Assembly (NCBI GenBank): GCA_009914755.4
Contig: CP068257.2
Coordinates: forward strand, 40,992,001-41,056,000
Direction: 5' to 3'
Source: the human T2T-CHM13v2.0 reference genome, Homo sapiens
Length of the DNA: 64,000 nt
This document shows positions 15,175-30,879 of the stretch, piece by piece (positions within the stretch are counted from its first letter, which is position 1; each line of letters starts with the position of its first letter). The position numbers and the translations under genes are program-made. The notes beneath the pieces are model-generated. The model worked only from the letters and a program-made list of their open reading frames with translations. It had not been told where the DNA came from and made no database searches.

Positions 15175-16319
15175 TTAATCCTGGGGCTGGGGAAATCACT
15201 GCTTAAATAAAACAGAGGTTCATTAGCAACAGCAAAGGGCTTAGAGCCAACAGTGCCTGCCACCCTCCACCCTTAGAGAATTAAACCAGTGCTGGAGTAG
15301 AGCGTCACCAGGTGGTGGAAGGACCTTTGATGGTGCTGATCTCAGGGTCTATATTTAGTATCTAAAATAATTAACTGGTTGTTCACTGCCCAACACTGTA
15401 ATTCATTCATTCTTTGAACATTCGTTAAGTACTTATCACTGATATTTCAGACAGTATTATAGATATAGTGATCTTTATCCCGGCTCCTTATGTAAGCAAT
15501 ATTACCAATAATAGAGTTGAAGATAAAAGGAAGGAAGCAAGCTTCCAAAGAAATAACCCAACGCAGAATTTAATAATGTCTCATTAACCTGGTGGTTGTT
15601 CATCAGATACTCTGTGGTCTTTATTAAAATGCAGCTCAGCAGGCAGCATCCCAGCACTTTTCCTGTGGTGAGGAATCTCGTTAAGTTGGGGAGCAAGGCC
15701 CCCAAGTTTTGCCACAAGAGCAGGAAAAGACGAAGTTCTTTCCTTCTCCCTGGAAGCCTAGATGTGGATTTGTGGCTCTCGGCCAGACAACTTACTGAAA
15801 CGTTGGTAAGTACATGCGCCTGTTTGAGATGTTTGCCTGTACACCCGTTCATGAATGCTCTGTGAGGTCTTCTCTGGCTATAAGGCCCCATTGTTTTAAA
15901 GACAGCAACTTACAATAACTTAAAATGTCTGTTTTGCCTGGACCCACCATGGAAAGAATTGAATTAACGTGAAGTGTGTTGCAGTGAGTTCTGTGATGTA
16001 TAAATTGCTGAGAACAAAGCAAAGCAAGGGCGAGGGGCATCTGTGACTACACTGCAGAAACGGGAGAGGGGCCAGGGCCGTCTTCAGAGGTGGCTGTGCC
16101 GTGACGGTGTCTGCAGGCAACAGTGTTGTCGCAGATGGCCATGGGTGATCTGACTATGCTCTCAGCCGCTGGGCCTGCCTGGGCCCCTGTCCTTTCCTCA
16201 GCTGGCTCTCCAGCTTTTCCTCAATCCCATGACTGTTGGTTATTCAAGGGAGGCTGGTTTCTGTCGTTTCAAAACAGGAATCCAGGCCCACGTCCCTCAC
16301 CAGGGAGGATTCCCTGACT

Positions 16320-16650
16320 GCTCACCTGACAGGTGCTGCTGACTGGTGCACAGGGCTGGCACCCCCAACTGTACACTGGGCAGGTACCTCTGGCTGTAGG
16401 TAGGGATGGTGCCCCCCCACTGTACACTAGGCAGGTACCTCCGGCTGTAGGTAGGGATGGTGGCCCTCACTAGTACCCCAGGCCAGTTCCCATGACTATG
16501 CAGGAGGCTGGGACCCCTGACTGTACACTCAGATGGGACCCCTGACTCTACCCCGGGGACGGAAACCCTGACCGTATGCCAGACAGGTACCCTCTGACTG
16601 TAAACTAGGATGGGATCCCTGACTGTACTCCAGGCAGGTACCTCTGTTAA
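16320..16650 (+). repeat. Degenerate roughly 35-40-bp minisatellite (ctgactgtacac..ggcaggtacc units)
   Basis: Repeated ctgactgtacactgggcaggtacctctggctgtaggtagggatggtgccccc-like units. A second short block of the same motif lies at 18000-18125. Confidence 0.8.
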
Positions 16651-16869
16651 CTGACAAATGATGAGGTTCATGAATTTCAGAAGGAGAGTTTTATTTCTCA
16701 TAGAGTTGCAGCCTGCGCAGTGGCCATTATGACAGGCTGGGAAGTGTAGCCTCCAGCCAGAAGCCACAAACAGGCACCTCAAGGGAGGAGCAAAGGGAAG
16801 AGGAATTTATGCTGGTGGCGTGGCTAAATATATATATTCAATTAGCTCTAGGAAAGCCATGAATATTTA

Positions 16870-17549
<680 letters not shown>

Positions 17550-17601
17550 TTAGCACCATCCAAGGGTGGAGTGTTTGGCCCTCTGACATCAAAAGGTGAA
17601 G

Positions 17602-17685
17602 CTGAGGGCACGAACCCTCACTGGGCATCTGAGGGCACGAACCCTCACTGGGCATCTGAGGGCATGAACCCTCACTGGGCATCCC
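17602..17685 (+). repeat. 27-bp tandem repeat x 3
   Basis: gagggcacgaaccctcactgggcatct occurs three times (third copy cacg>catg). Confidence 0.9.
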
Positions 17686-17999
17686 CTGTAGACCATCTAG
17701 ATCCACTCCACGGCCTCTCGTCGGGCAGGAATGCTGGTCGGTTGCTTGTTGAAAGCACACAAGGGAGGGGCGGAGTCCAGCGGTGGGTGGATATCAGAGA
17801 GGAGTCTGTTGAAAAGGCTGGTTTCTGTTTAGCCCTGAGGAAAGAAACAAGGGAAGTTAACGAGGGAGGAGGCATAACAAGTTATGTCCAACCTCCCATC
17901 CCATCAGGGCCAGGAACTCGGTTTCCCTGGAGTTCCTCTGGGCTGAGAGGAAGACATCTGTTCAGTCAGTTGGTGGACTTAGTAGTTCATCTTTCTCAC

Positions 18000-18125
18000 C
18001 CGTGACTGTACACCCGGCACATACCCCCGACCATATACCAGGCAGGCATCTCTGACTGTACTCCCGGCAGGTACCCCTGACCTAACATGTGACTGGTACA
18101 TGAGCTGGTACCCTGGCTGGCACAC
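18000..18125 (+). repeat. Second block of the ctgactgtac..ggcaggtacc minisatellite
   Basis: gtgactgtacacccggcacatacccccgaccatataccaggcaggcatctctgactgtactcccggcaggtacccctgacc. Confidence 0.7.
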
Positions 18126-19704
18126 ATTCTTTGTAGGTCCAGTCTTACTGACATGCTGAAACAATTAGCTGTGCTTTTATTTCTAGGTTTCAGACCCATC
18201 GTAAGGCCATGGTCAATTTCTCTTACTCCCCAAGGGACACAGTCAAGAGAGATTGTTGTCACATAGGGGCCTTCTTTCAATGAATATGTTTGCATCTGAA
18301 AGAGGTAACCCACGATTGCCTGCCAGAAATGAGGGAAACAGACCGTGTCCTGAACTGCTTCCCACATACAAATCACCGCTTGTTTCCCAGGACATCTCAG
18401 TGCCAACAACTCCCTCGCAGCACATGACTCCCCCGGCATCTTCCGAAGGCTTGCATTTTCTCCACGAGCCATTACCTCTTGAAAAACTTTCACAAAGAAG
18501 ACGTAAGGGCTTAAGTGGCGTGGAAAGTGGGTTTCACACAATGAGTCTATTTGAAAAGATCTTCAGGGGCTTCCAAATCCCTCTCTCCGGGAGCAGTTTA
18601 TACTTCACACCGCTCATGGCAACACTGTCTTTAGGTTAATTCAATTCTTTCCATGGTGGGTCCAGGCAAAACAAACATTTTAAGTTATTATAAGTTGCTG
18701 TCTTTAAAACAATGGGGACTTATACCCAGACAGGACCTCACGGAGAATTCTTGAGCGCGTATACAGACAAAAATCTCAAACTGGTGTATGTACTTACTGA
18801 GATTTCTGAAATAGGAAAAATCTACTCATACCCCTATGAGGAATAAGCCCTCCTCTTGTCCCCATTGCTGGCAGGGCACACTGTCTCGTGTTCTCTTAGG
18901 ACAATGCTCAGATTTGACGTGTTGTCACTGTGGGGTGGCCTGCAGTGCAGATTCCTAACATGAATGTGATTCATTCAACGCAGAAACTCTAGAGAGCTAC
19001 AATCTTTGTCCGAAATGGTCTAAAAGTGAAGGTGAATTAAGGCATGGCTCACAGGAATTATTGTCAACTTGACTTGACAAAAGTTGAAAAGGTTGAAAAT
19101 GGTGCCAGCAGGCACAGGTAAGCCCTCTAAGTCAAATCATCTTTTTCCCGTCAGTGCTTTCATGTTGTGTGTGACGAGTGAAAAACGTGATATTCATTCC
19201 TGCTTCAAAAACTTATAAGGGACTGGCTCTGGCAATAGAAAGCTGGCAGAAATCATAGATTTCAGGAATAAATGTAAACATCTGTCCAAGACATCCCATC
19301 TTCTATATGGACGAGTTAAAGCACATCCAGAAATTTATACCATTTTTTGTATTAGTATATGAAAGAAATGCAATTAAAAGCTAAAAATAAGAAAACATCT
19401 ACTATTAAAACACAAAGACATTTACAAAGACAGCTGCACCTGTCACAGCATAGGGTAAGCGTGGGTCTTAAGCTCACCTGTCCATTGTCAGCAATTTATT
19501 GGGACCTTATTGTAAACAAGAAATGGGTTAAACAGTAAAGGTGCCAGACAGGTCATGAAACACCTGATCTCCATCTTCAAGCAGCTTATGCTATAGTTGA
19601 CTGTCAGGAATCAGGAAAAACGCACTTGTTCTTGTTACCCGAGACGAGCGATTTAGCAGCCTTCTAAATAGCTTTGTAGAAGTCAGATGTTTTATTCTAC
19701 CTTA

Positions 19705-20022
<318 letters not shown>

Positions 20023-20889
20023 TAAACTGCAAGTCCAACACTCTTGTTTGGCCGTTCAATTCGGGCTGCATAGATGCTGTAAAAGTATAGACAGTTCCCA
20101 CTTCAATCCTTCTCTACTTTCCTTTAACATCAACACCATTTAGCCAGAATGACAAGTAGTCGGAATGCCAGAGAGCAGAAACAACACCCCGGTGCTTGCC
20201 CTCATTCCTCTGGATGAGTGATGCTCACCAATGTGGGCTGCTCTTCTTCCCCAGACAGGGTCTGTGCTTCTCCCCTAAGCCCCGGTGCCCTCATGCAATC
20301 CAGTCCCTCCCTGGAGTTCTTTGCTCCGTGTCTGTCTCCACGCCAGGCCTCTATGAGGATGAGCTGTGGTTACTCAACCAGGATCTCGAGGCCCCAGCTC
20401 AGTGTCCAATACACGTCAGCATTCAAAATCATACTACTGAATGAATGAGTGAACAGATGGTACATCAACCTATTTGCTATTTTTCTTCACAAGGGCATTG
20501 CATAGAGCTCTTCGGTTCAAGATTTAGCCATTGTCATATACCCACTGCTGGTGAACTTGAAGGCATCACTTTCCTCCACTCTTGTACCAGCCTGCCAGTG
20601 ACTGAACTTGGTGCAGGATGGGTCACTGCCATATCAGAGATGCCAGCTGGCCTCCCCTGTCTACCTGGTCATCACACAGGGCAGGAGGAATCCGTCAGCG
20701 TCTGGTGCCACGTGCCTCTCATTAGAAGGCTGAGCCCATCTACTGCCCAGACACTGCTGCCTTTTTTCACGACTTCCTTTAAAACAAATGAATTCCTATG
20801 ATGTGTCTGGCATCATGCTGGGTGCTGCAGCGATTACAGAGGGAAAAAAGATATACTTCCAGTCCTCAAGGAGTTTGCGGTCCAGTAGG

Positions 20890-21500
20890 GGGATAACCAC
20901 ATCTAGATCATGTAAACCAAAAATAAAATCCTAAGGCCCTCCCCCACCTCCACCCAACCATCTAAACGGACTTCCTCCTCAGCCAGGGCAGTGTTAAAAT
21001 TTAACCTGAAAGCCTGGTTCAGGCCATGAAGGACGTGGGGATCGGACATGCCTGATTATGTTTACCTCTCCAGCATTAACGTCAACACAGACCTTAAGAA
21101 ACATTTCACAGCGTGTTCTCCCTGAAGCCTGACAGCTAGAAGCTTCATCTGCATGAATAAACTTTGGTCTTTGCAGTGTCTTATCGCAGCCCAAACATTC
21201 CTTTCTATTGATCCCAGGTCTTTAGACAAACTCAACCAATTGTCAACCAGAAAATGTTTAAATTCACCTATAGCCTGGAAGCCCCCTACTCTGAGTTGCC
21301 TCACCTTTCTGAACCAAACCAATGTCTTTCTTAAATGTACTTGATTGATGTCTCATGCCTCTCTAAAATGTATAAAGCCAAGCTGCATCCCGACCACCTT
21401 GGGAACATGTTCTCAGGACTTCCTGAGGCTGTGTCACGGGTGTGCGTTCTCAACCTTGGCAAAATAAAGTTTCTAAATTAACTGAGACCTGTCTTAGATT
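20890..21500 (+). mobile_element. Unclassified LTR-like interspersed repeat, uninterrupted copy (with aataaa near the 3' end)
   Basis: tgtaaaccaaaaataaaatcctaaggccc ... caaccaattgtcaaccagaaaatgtttaaattcacctatagcctggaagccccc ... cttggcaaaataaagtttctaaattaactgagacctgtc. This is the third copy of the family seen at 3420-4935. Confidence 0.55.
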
Positions 21501-24500
21501 TTCTGGGTCTACAACCCTGCTGTACCAGCAGAGTCAGGGGACAGCCAGAGAAAGAGGTTCAGGGGGATGAAGCACCCCCAGCAGGGCCAAGTCACCTTCT
21601 ACAGCTCGACTCGCTCAGCCATCCAAGACCACTTGGCTTTTTTTTTTTTTTCCTGCACAAGCTGTGCTTTGAAGTGTGTGGGGTCTTAAAAATCCTGCCC
21701 ATTCTATTTTGATCAGGCTTCTGTCATCTGCATTGCCATCCTGGGACAAGTTGTCAGTCACTGTCTCCCTGAAATGCACGTGGAGATGCACAGGCTAATC
21801 TAGGGACAGCTGGATACATGACTAATATTACCGAGGAGCTAACGAGAGCCTGTGACGTTGAGATGCTGAGGAGATGGACTGGTCGTAAGCGTTCCCCAGG
21901 TTTATAGCCTTCTTTTCAGCACCCCTCATGCCTTCCTGTGGTTGTCAGCATCCCGGATTATCCTGATCATGGGGCAAAGAGAATGGGGGCTTTCCCCAGG
22001 GCCTTGAAGTGGCAGCTGGACCCACATTGCAGGAGGTCTCACCCTGCACCAGCAGCCCCACCCTAGCCCCAGCCACAACACTCTTGGCCCCCAGCTGTAT
22101 CCTGAATTTGCAGCAAGCAGGAAGCTCAACACAAGGGGAGAAGAGCCTGTGGGTTCTTTAGAATGCAGACTACCAGGCCCACCCTCAGAGATTCTGATCC
22201 ATTTGGTCCAGGCTGGGGCCCAGGCATCACCATTTTTAACACTCCCCGGCAGATACTCACAGGCACCCAGAGTCCGGCAGGAGTCCCTGCTCTACTGAAG
22301 GGCTTTCTAAACGGGGGACTCGGAGCCCCAGACAGTTTCCTCCTCCTGGGCTCTGCTTTTACCGGGCTCTGGAGCACGTTCCTACAAACATCTTTACTCA
22401 AAACACTGACTTTTTCTGAAATGTTTGAAATAATTTAGCTTATTTCACAGGAGAAGCCACTATTTCTTTTCCAAAACAATTTAGTAAAATGGCTGTTTTT
22501 CATACCCACCAATTTCTAAGGTGAAATTTTGTGTAAAATAGACACACACGCTAGTCATGTGACACCAGCCAAGGTTGTTTGTGTGCCTAGTGACATTCTC
22601 AGCATCTGTGAAGCAACGAGTGTGCGCGTGCTCTTCCCAGGCGTGGGCTCCGCCGCACGTGGTGGAAGGAACTCTGCTCCACATTGAGGAGCCTGGTTTG
22701 GACACCAACAGGCTAAGCTCCCACATACCCCACAAACACCTGGCCCAGGGATCAGCCCTTCCAATTCTACAACGAGGTAAGTCACGGACCAGCACAGCCT
22801 CGGGGGCAGGTCCAAGACAACGGCTGTGCCTTCCGTGGCAGGAGCTTTCGGAACAGAGAGCACGTCATCCCTGGTACCAACCAAATTGTATCTTCTCTCC
22901 CCAAATTCATACATTGACACCCTAGCCCCCAGTGTGTCTGGGTTTGTAGTAAGGAGGTCATTAAGGTTAAATGGTGCCCTGAGGGTGGAGCCCTCATGAT
23001 AAGATGAGGCCCTCATGAGAAGAAATGGGAGAAGCTCTCCTCCTTTCTCTGCCATGTGAGGACACAGTGAGAAGGCGGCCATCTGCAAGCCAGGAGGAGG
23101 GCCCTGGGTCTTATGCTGCCAGGCTCCAGCTCTGTGAGCAAGTTCACTTCTGTTGTATAAGCCCCCGCTGTGTGGTTTTCGTTATGGCAGGCAGAGCACA
23201 CTAAGACGCACCTTGGCCATGCTCTTCTCTCCCTAGCAATGCTTCTCTTTTGCTGTGTAGTGAAGGTCAGCCATTGTTCAGGTAATTAATGCTCTCCCGG
23301 GTCTGGCCTCAGTAACTTTCTGGTGTTATCACCACAACCCCATCTTCAAAACCCAACGTCAGGCCAAGCTGACCCACACTGTGGATCGATTCATGGATGG
23401 ACCCAGATGCATGGGAAGTCCTGGGTACATTTCATGCCTTTTCCAGCAATGCAGAGGGGCCAGAGGGGTGCAGCCACACACAGGGGGCCCTCAGCTCCTG
23501 GAGTGCTAGCACTTAGCCCACAGGCTGCTCACTCCCCAGAGCGCGCTCTCTCTGCTCTCTTCTTTAGGTGAATGGTGCCGGCAGAAAGTTGTGTATACGT
23601 GCCATAGGTTCCTAATGAGAAGGGTCTTGGACATCACTCTCTCCTCTGTGGAGTTCAGGTTTCCATTAGAGTTGTACATTGCTCTCTAGGTCCCTGAAGT
23701 CTTCAATCGTTTTTTGTTTCATTTCATTATCCAGCCTTTATTGAAAGGATGCTGTCCAGGATGCCAGGTCCAGGCTTGGGAGAGGCAGAGCGAGTCCCTG
23801 TCTCTTGGAACCTGGGGCCCAATGGTCAATACAGTAATGAAATAAATGCAGTTGGACAAGCCAAGTGGAATAACCTTTAGAAAGAAGGCTTTTCCGTCTT
23901 CCTAAGGTTTTATCCAAAGCAAGCCGTGATGCCGGTGTGATCGTAGTCATGGCGGCAGTTCTGAAGCACACACAGATCTACCTTATCTTCCAAGGGCTGT
24001 TCCTGAAAGGCTGGCAAAGCCAACTTTCCCCATTGTACTTGAAAGCTCCTTGCAATGAGATCTGAGCTGCGGAAGTCACAGTGCAGAGGCAGGTGCTGTT
24101 GAAGGCTGTGAAACCTGAGTCATTTGAAGAAGGAGACGCGGGGAGAAGTGTCCCAGTTCAACCTCGGTGGATGGGAACTGGGTTTGAAGAGAACACCAGC
24201 CATGGCTCCAGGTGGGCCAATCACCGAGGAGACACACACGAGCCCTGTGTGCCACTGGGCATGAAAGTTTTCATCTTTTCCTGAAAACAATTGCTGGAGG
24301 TGAGCGCTGGTTCCTTCAGCTCTGAACTCCTCTTTTTCTGCCTTGTCTTTACTTCTTTGGTACAGCATTACTTGTCAGATGCAGGCAGGAAGAATAGACA
24401 TTTAGACACACTTCACACTCGGCTGTGAGCCTGGCGCTCCTCCTAAACATGCTATTCAAAGTGCTTGGCTGCCTGTCTCTGGCCCACACCTGCCAGCGTT

Positions 24501-24898
24501 GACAAGTGCCACTGAGTTCATGTCAACTCAGGCGCTTGTCAGAGGGAATCTAGACCAGGCTGGGGCTGAGACAGGTGGGCGATCCTCATCCCACTGCCTC
24601 CCACTAAGACATAACATTGTGTGGAACAAGGAAGGACTGGTTCAAAGCCACAGAGCTGGTTACAGGCAAAGCCGGAAGCAGAACCTCTAACTTCAGGCTC
24701 ACGTCAAAAATGCCCATAGAGTGCATTTTTTTCTGTTAAGATTTTAGAACTTTTTTCATTGAATTTAATCATTTCTGATATATTTGGGCTTATGCCTACC
24801 ATTTTACTATTTGTTTTCCATTTGTCCACTATGTTCTGTACCATTTTTTCTCCTTTTTGCCTTCTTTAGGATTTTCAAGTATTTCTTATGACCATTTT

Positions 24899-24928
24899 GA
24901 TAGACAGATAGATGATAGATAGATAGAT

Positions 24929-24965
<37 letters not shown>

Positions 24966-25029
24966 GATAGATAAATAGATAGATGCATGGATGGATGGAT
25001 GGATGGGATAGATAGATAGGTAGATAGAT

Positions 25030-25079
<50 letters not shown>

Positions 25080-25201
25080 GGAAGGATGAGAGAGAGATGC
25101 ACGGATGGATGGGATAGATAGATAGATGCATAGATGGATGAGTGGATGGGTGGATGGATGGATGAGATGGATGACTAGATAGATGAATGGATGAGATAGA
25201 T

Positions 25202-25242
<41 letters not shown>

Positions 25243-25368
25243 AGAGAGAGATAGATAAGACAGATAGGATAGATGGCTAGATAGATGAATGGACGAGGTA
25301 GATGATAGATAGATAGGATAGATGGCTAGATAGATGAATGGATGAGATAGATGACAGATTAGATAGAT

Positions 25369-25413
<45 letters not shown>

Positions 25414-25461
25414 GTAGATGAATGAGATAGATGGCTAGATAGATGAATGGATGAGATAAAT

Positions 25462-25503
<42 letters not shown>

Positions 25504-26427
25504 CAGATGATAGATAGATAGATGATAGATGATAGATAGATAGATAGATAAGTAGATGAATGAGATAGATGGCTAGATAGATAGATGAATGGATGAGATA
25601 AATGATAGATAGATAGATAGATAGATGACAGATGATAGATGATAGATAGATAGATAGATAGATAGGTAAGTAGATGAATGAGATAGATGGCTAGATAGAT
25701 GAATGGATGAGATAAATGATAGATAGATAGATAGACAGATGATGATAGATAGATAGATAGATAAGTAAGATGGATGAGATAGATGGCTAGATAGATAGAT
25801 GAATGGATGAGATAAATGATAGATAGATAGACAGATGATAGATGATAGATAGATAGATAGATAGGTAAGTAGATGGATGAGATAGATGGCTAGATAGATA
25901 GATGAATGGATGAGATAAATGATAGATAGACAGATGATAGATGATAGATGATAGATAGACAGATGATAGATGATAGATAGACAGATGATAGATGATAGAT
26001 AGACAGATGATAGATGATAGATAGACAGATGATGATAGATAGATAGATTAGATGATAGATAGACAGATGATAGATGATAGACAGATGATAGATGATAGAT
26101 AGATTAGATGATAGATAGACAGATGATAGATGATAGATAAACAGATGATAGATGATAGATAGACAGATGATAGATGATAGATAGATAGATGATAGATAGA
26201 CAGATGATAGATGATAGATAGATAGATTAGATGATAGATAGACAGATGATAGATGATAGATAGACAGATGATAGATGATAGATAGATAGATGATAAATAG
26301 ACAGATGATAGATGACAGATAGATAGATGATAGATAGACAGACAGATGATAGATAGACAGATGATAGATGATAGATAGACAGATGATAGATGATAGATAG
26401 ATAGATTAGATGATAGATAGACAGATG
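24899..26427 (+). repeat. About 1.5 kb compound tetranucleotide microsatellite, (GATA)n/(GATG)n/(GACA)n, with higher-order units
   Basis: gatagatagatgatagatagatagattagatagatagatag...ggatggatggatgg...gatgatagatagacagatgatagat is repeated throughout. Confidence 0.95.
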
Positions 26428-27415
26428 TCTTCTATTGATCCTGCCTCTCTGGAGAGCCCTGCCTAAGACAGCCACCTTGTCACCAGTTTCCTGTTTGTGC
26501 TGTCTCCTGTCTCTGGCCTGCACCTGCCAGTGCTGGCGAGTGCCACTGTGTTCACAGCAACTTGGGTGCTTCTCAGTGGGAAGCACTGGCCCCACCGGCT
26601 AACGCTTTTGCCATTGCCCGTGAGTCTGTAAACACGCAATTGTACTTTCAGCCAACCCTACTTTCGTGTGAAGCATTTCGTGGCATTCTGCCCCCAGGAG
26701 GATTTTCCTTCTGCATTGTCTTTGAGGGTCACCTGCTGGGTGGCAGTACCTTGGCCCCCACTTCTCACTTGTGTAGCCTACAGCCAGACCCTCTGCTAAC
26801 TGGGCCTGCCCTCCCCTTCTCCATTTGCTGGCCAGAGAAACCCCTGTGGCCACAGGTGTGGTGGAGGGAGGGCTAGTGAAGGAGCGGGACAGCTTCTCTT
26901 AAGTCTGAGCTATGTGTCTTCCAGGTGAATCAGGCCAGCTCTCCCATGTGAAAACTTCCACTCTACAATGGAATTCTGTTGCACGTATCCAAGTTTATGG
27001 TTCAGGTCTCATGATCACTTGGTGATCTCCTCTGTTTGGGGTTGCAGCACTCCCTTTGCTATAAAACGTGTCCCCGTTGGAGATGATGGGATGTGAACAC
27101 CACAGTGACTGGTGAGTGAGCTGTTCTGCAAATCCCAGAACAGCAGTGCCAGCAGAGGTGCGGAGGCCAGGGAGGACACATCGATTTGTCCCTGTGAGGA
27201 TGAAGGGCTGTCCCCTCCACAGTGGGAGGGGCTCAGCATAATTAATCTGCCACCAGGTCATCGGTTTGTCCCACCAGGGAAACGCTGGTGACTCAGCGTT
27301 TGTCCAAGACCTGGCACTCAGTGGGTTTGGCAGGCAGAGCGGCTGTAGTGAACTCAAGCACAGCCTCCGACATTCCACACATGCAAACTGCTTGGGGTCT
27401 TCATTATTTTAAAAA

Positions 27416-27621
<206 letters not shown>

Positions 27622-28352
27622 TAGGCAATAGCTACATATCAGGTCCTGGGGCTGATTCCTTCCGGTAAAGATACCACATCTAGAGCCACAGGTGGGTTCC
27701 AGCGTCACCATGTGATCACATCTGTGAAGAAAGAGCCACTGTCACACTCTAAGATCCACCTGACTTTTGCACCAACTAAAAAGGGGTGCTACCTGGGCTT
27801 ATGGTGTAAATCCCCACCCCAGCGTTTCTCAGGCCTTTGCTGCTGCCCCAGCGTTTTGCAGTTTCCCCTGGGGTGCAGTGTAGGACTTGGTTAACTGCTT
27901 TGGCAGAGGTGTGATGTGGAGGGCAGATCCAGGGCTTCCACCACAGGCTGGATGTTTCTGCCCCCTACTTACACATATATGTTGAATTTTCTTCCTTACA
28001 TACATATCTCTTAGGAGGCTACCCACCTAATTCATTTTGTAACCCTGTGACCAGCTAGCCACTGCCACAGATCCCCACCAAACAGTGGGACCACCAGCCC
28101 TTCCCATTTTGATGGGGAAGTTGCACCCCCTTGTCTCTGATTGGCTTCTACTACACCAGGATTCTTCTTAGAAAGGCAGAGAACCCCCAGCCCTCCTGCA
28201 GACTGTCACTGTCTGAGCCCAGGCTTCGATGTGCCAGCCTAGCAGACTGTCAGCAGGTGCCACTCCAGAGGCTCCAGTCAACACACCTAACCATTGGTTC
28301 TCAGCCCTGGCTGCTCATTAGATTCACGTGGGGGTTGTTTAGCAATCCCAAC

Positions 28353-28661
28353 GCCCAGCCTGGCATGGTGGCTCACACCTGTAATCCCAGCACTTTGGGA
28401 GGCTGAGGACGGTGGATCACCTGAGGTCAGGAGTTCGAGACCAGCCTGCCCAACATGGTGAAACCCTGCCTCTACTAAAAATACAAAAATTAGTCAGGTG
28501 TGGTGGCATGCGCCTGTGATCCCAGCTACTAGGGAGGCTGAGGCAGGAGAATCACTTGAACCCAGGAGGTGGAGTTAGCAGTGAGCCAAGATCGTGCCAC
28601 TGCACTCCAGCCTGGGCAACAGAGCAAGACTCCATCTCAAAAAAAAAAAAAAAAGAAAAGA
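28353..28661 (+). mobile_element. Alu SINE, full length with poly-A tail
   Basis: gcccagcctggcatggtggctcacacctgtaatcccagcactttgggaggctgaggacggtggatcacctgaggtcaggagttcgagacc ... ctccatctcaaaaaaaaaaaaaaaagaaaag. Confidence 0.9.
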
Positions 28662-30879
28662 ATCCTGATGCCGAAGCCCTGTCCCAGAAAACGGAATCAG
28701 AAGCGCTGGGGGTGGGACTGAGGCATCTATAGCTTATGCAGCTCTGCAGGGGGCTCCACTGAGAGGTAAGGCCCAGCCCCGTCATCCTGTCCTGCGTCCC
28801 GGTGGCTGCCCCATGTCTCAGGATTGGCCTCATGGAGCTTGCGCATGTGCTTCTCTGGTTCCTGCCGACACAAGTGAGAAGGCCTCAAACCCTTTCCATG
28901 GATGGGAGGCCGCCTGCCCCAGGGGGTCCGTCAGGGCTGTGTTGCAGCCTGACTCCTCCCGGCTACTCAACACCTGGTCCCAAGCGGCCCTGGGGAGCTG
29001 GTTGGTGTGCAGGACCTCTGGCCCCACCCTGCCCCAGGCCTAGTTCATGGGAATCTGCATTTCAATGGAACACCCTGCGGTCGTAGAGACTGGGGTGCAG
29101 GTTATAGTCTGAGAAGGGAGGCGCTGGTCTCACTCTCACTGTGGGACTGGTGGGAGGAAGGTGGTTGGGGATGGTAGAGGGAGATGAGGATCTGGATGGC
29201 ATGAGCCAGTGAGGTCATGGCCTGTCCAGTCATTGAAAGTTGCCATGCAGAGGAGGCCTGGTGTCCTCAGACAAAGCAGCGAGGCTGCCTTGGGGGCAAA
29301 GGAGGCTCCGGACTTGGGAGTTCGAAATCTTCAGCACACATGCTCCAGTGCCTTCACCCCGTGTCTCAGGGTCCCACTTCACCCACCGGTGCCCTTCTCT
29401 CCAAGCGAGGTTCTCCACCCCACACCGGGACCACTGGGCCAGGTCATTCTTTGCTGTGGGGCCGTCCTGTGCACTGTAGGGTACTTAGCACCGTCCTCCA
29501 TCTCTGCCCACCAGACACCAGCCGTATCCCTCCAGCTGCGACAGCCCAAATACCTCCAGATACTGTCAAAAGTCCCCTGGGGTGACATCATCCTATTGAG
29601 AACTCTGTCACGCAGCCTGAGACCTGGCCACATGTGGAGTGTTCACCGTCTGCCCAAACAAGCAGAGCCAAGGGCTGGCCTTTGCGGCACCTTCTCTGGG
29701 ACTGCAGGTGACACGGGCTCCTTCAGAGCTGCCCCTCTGGTTCTTGACTGCAGGTCCGGCCACTGCAAGTTTTCCTTTTCCTGTGTGGGTAAGGAGAAGC
29801 CAGAAGACCCAAACTCTCTTCAATCACAACCATTGCCATAGCAACTCCGGCTTCTCTCCCAGCACCTCAGCCTCCCCTGCACGCCATTCCACACTGACAC
29901 CAGCAATGATCTGAGTCACGGAGAGGCTGCCGTGCCCCTGTGTACCCACGGCCCATTTCCCCCTGGCAAGGAAGTTATTCCATCTCCTCCAATATGTGAC
30001 CAACCTCATCCCTGACTCCACCTGGAGGGTCTGCCTTCTGGGCCACTCCTGTGCCAACTACCTGGAAGTTTCCAACAGAAAACGCATCTAGAATGAGGGT
30101 AATTGCTGGGGGGAGGGGCATTTGGAAAAGGACCATTATAAAGGTCTGGACAGGGTCCCGGTGAAGCCTAAGGGATGGTGTGGTGACCTGGAGCTAGTCA
30201 CAGTGGCACTGTTACCACCCTGCCTGAAAGGGGTGTCTGGAGTGGCCACCAGGACCTGAAAGAAGGCTGTCACATGTGGGAGGCTGCCCCAGGCAGAGCC
30301 GTGACCTGAAGCAAGGGAGAGGTAACTTCGGCCAGCCAGAGGCAACTTCCCAGGGACTGAGGGCCTGACCTCTCCATCCACCCTCCAAGCCCCAGCCAGA
30401 GCTCGCCATCAGCTGAACCCAACCAGAAGCCAGAGATCAGGGGCCTGTGTTGTGTCCACACTGGTGAGCCCAGGACCGGTGAAGTGGAGGAGTTGAGAGC
30501 CAACCTGGAGGGGCTGGCCCTGTGCACAGTGCTGCAGCCTGCAGGCCTTCCTGACGTCTAACCCCATTACCGGCAGCTTCGACCGCAGTTCTTCCTTCTG
30601 CTGGGGCGCTCTGCTTACCTGTTCAAGGCTGCTGCCTTCTCAAGCAGGCTCAGGTCAGAAGCCGTCTCCCTGGAGGCTTTCCTGACCCTTTACCACCAGC
30701 AGTGACTCCCATCCCCTAGCAGGGAAGCCTCATACAGGTAGGAGCCTTGTGCTCCTAACATCAGAAATGGTGCCAGTCATAAAATAAGTGCTCGACAGGT
30801 GTGTGTCTGCCTGCCTGCTGACTTCTGTGACTGAATGTATTGACATTTACCTGACCCAAACCTGCATCATCATGTAATA

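Noticed and set aside
24899-26427. Regularly spaced short repeats that could superficially resemble a CRISPR array
   Set aside because: This is eukaryotic (human) sequence. The array is a GATA/GATG microsatellite with no unique spacers and no cas genes.
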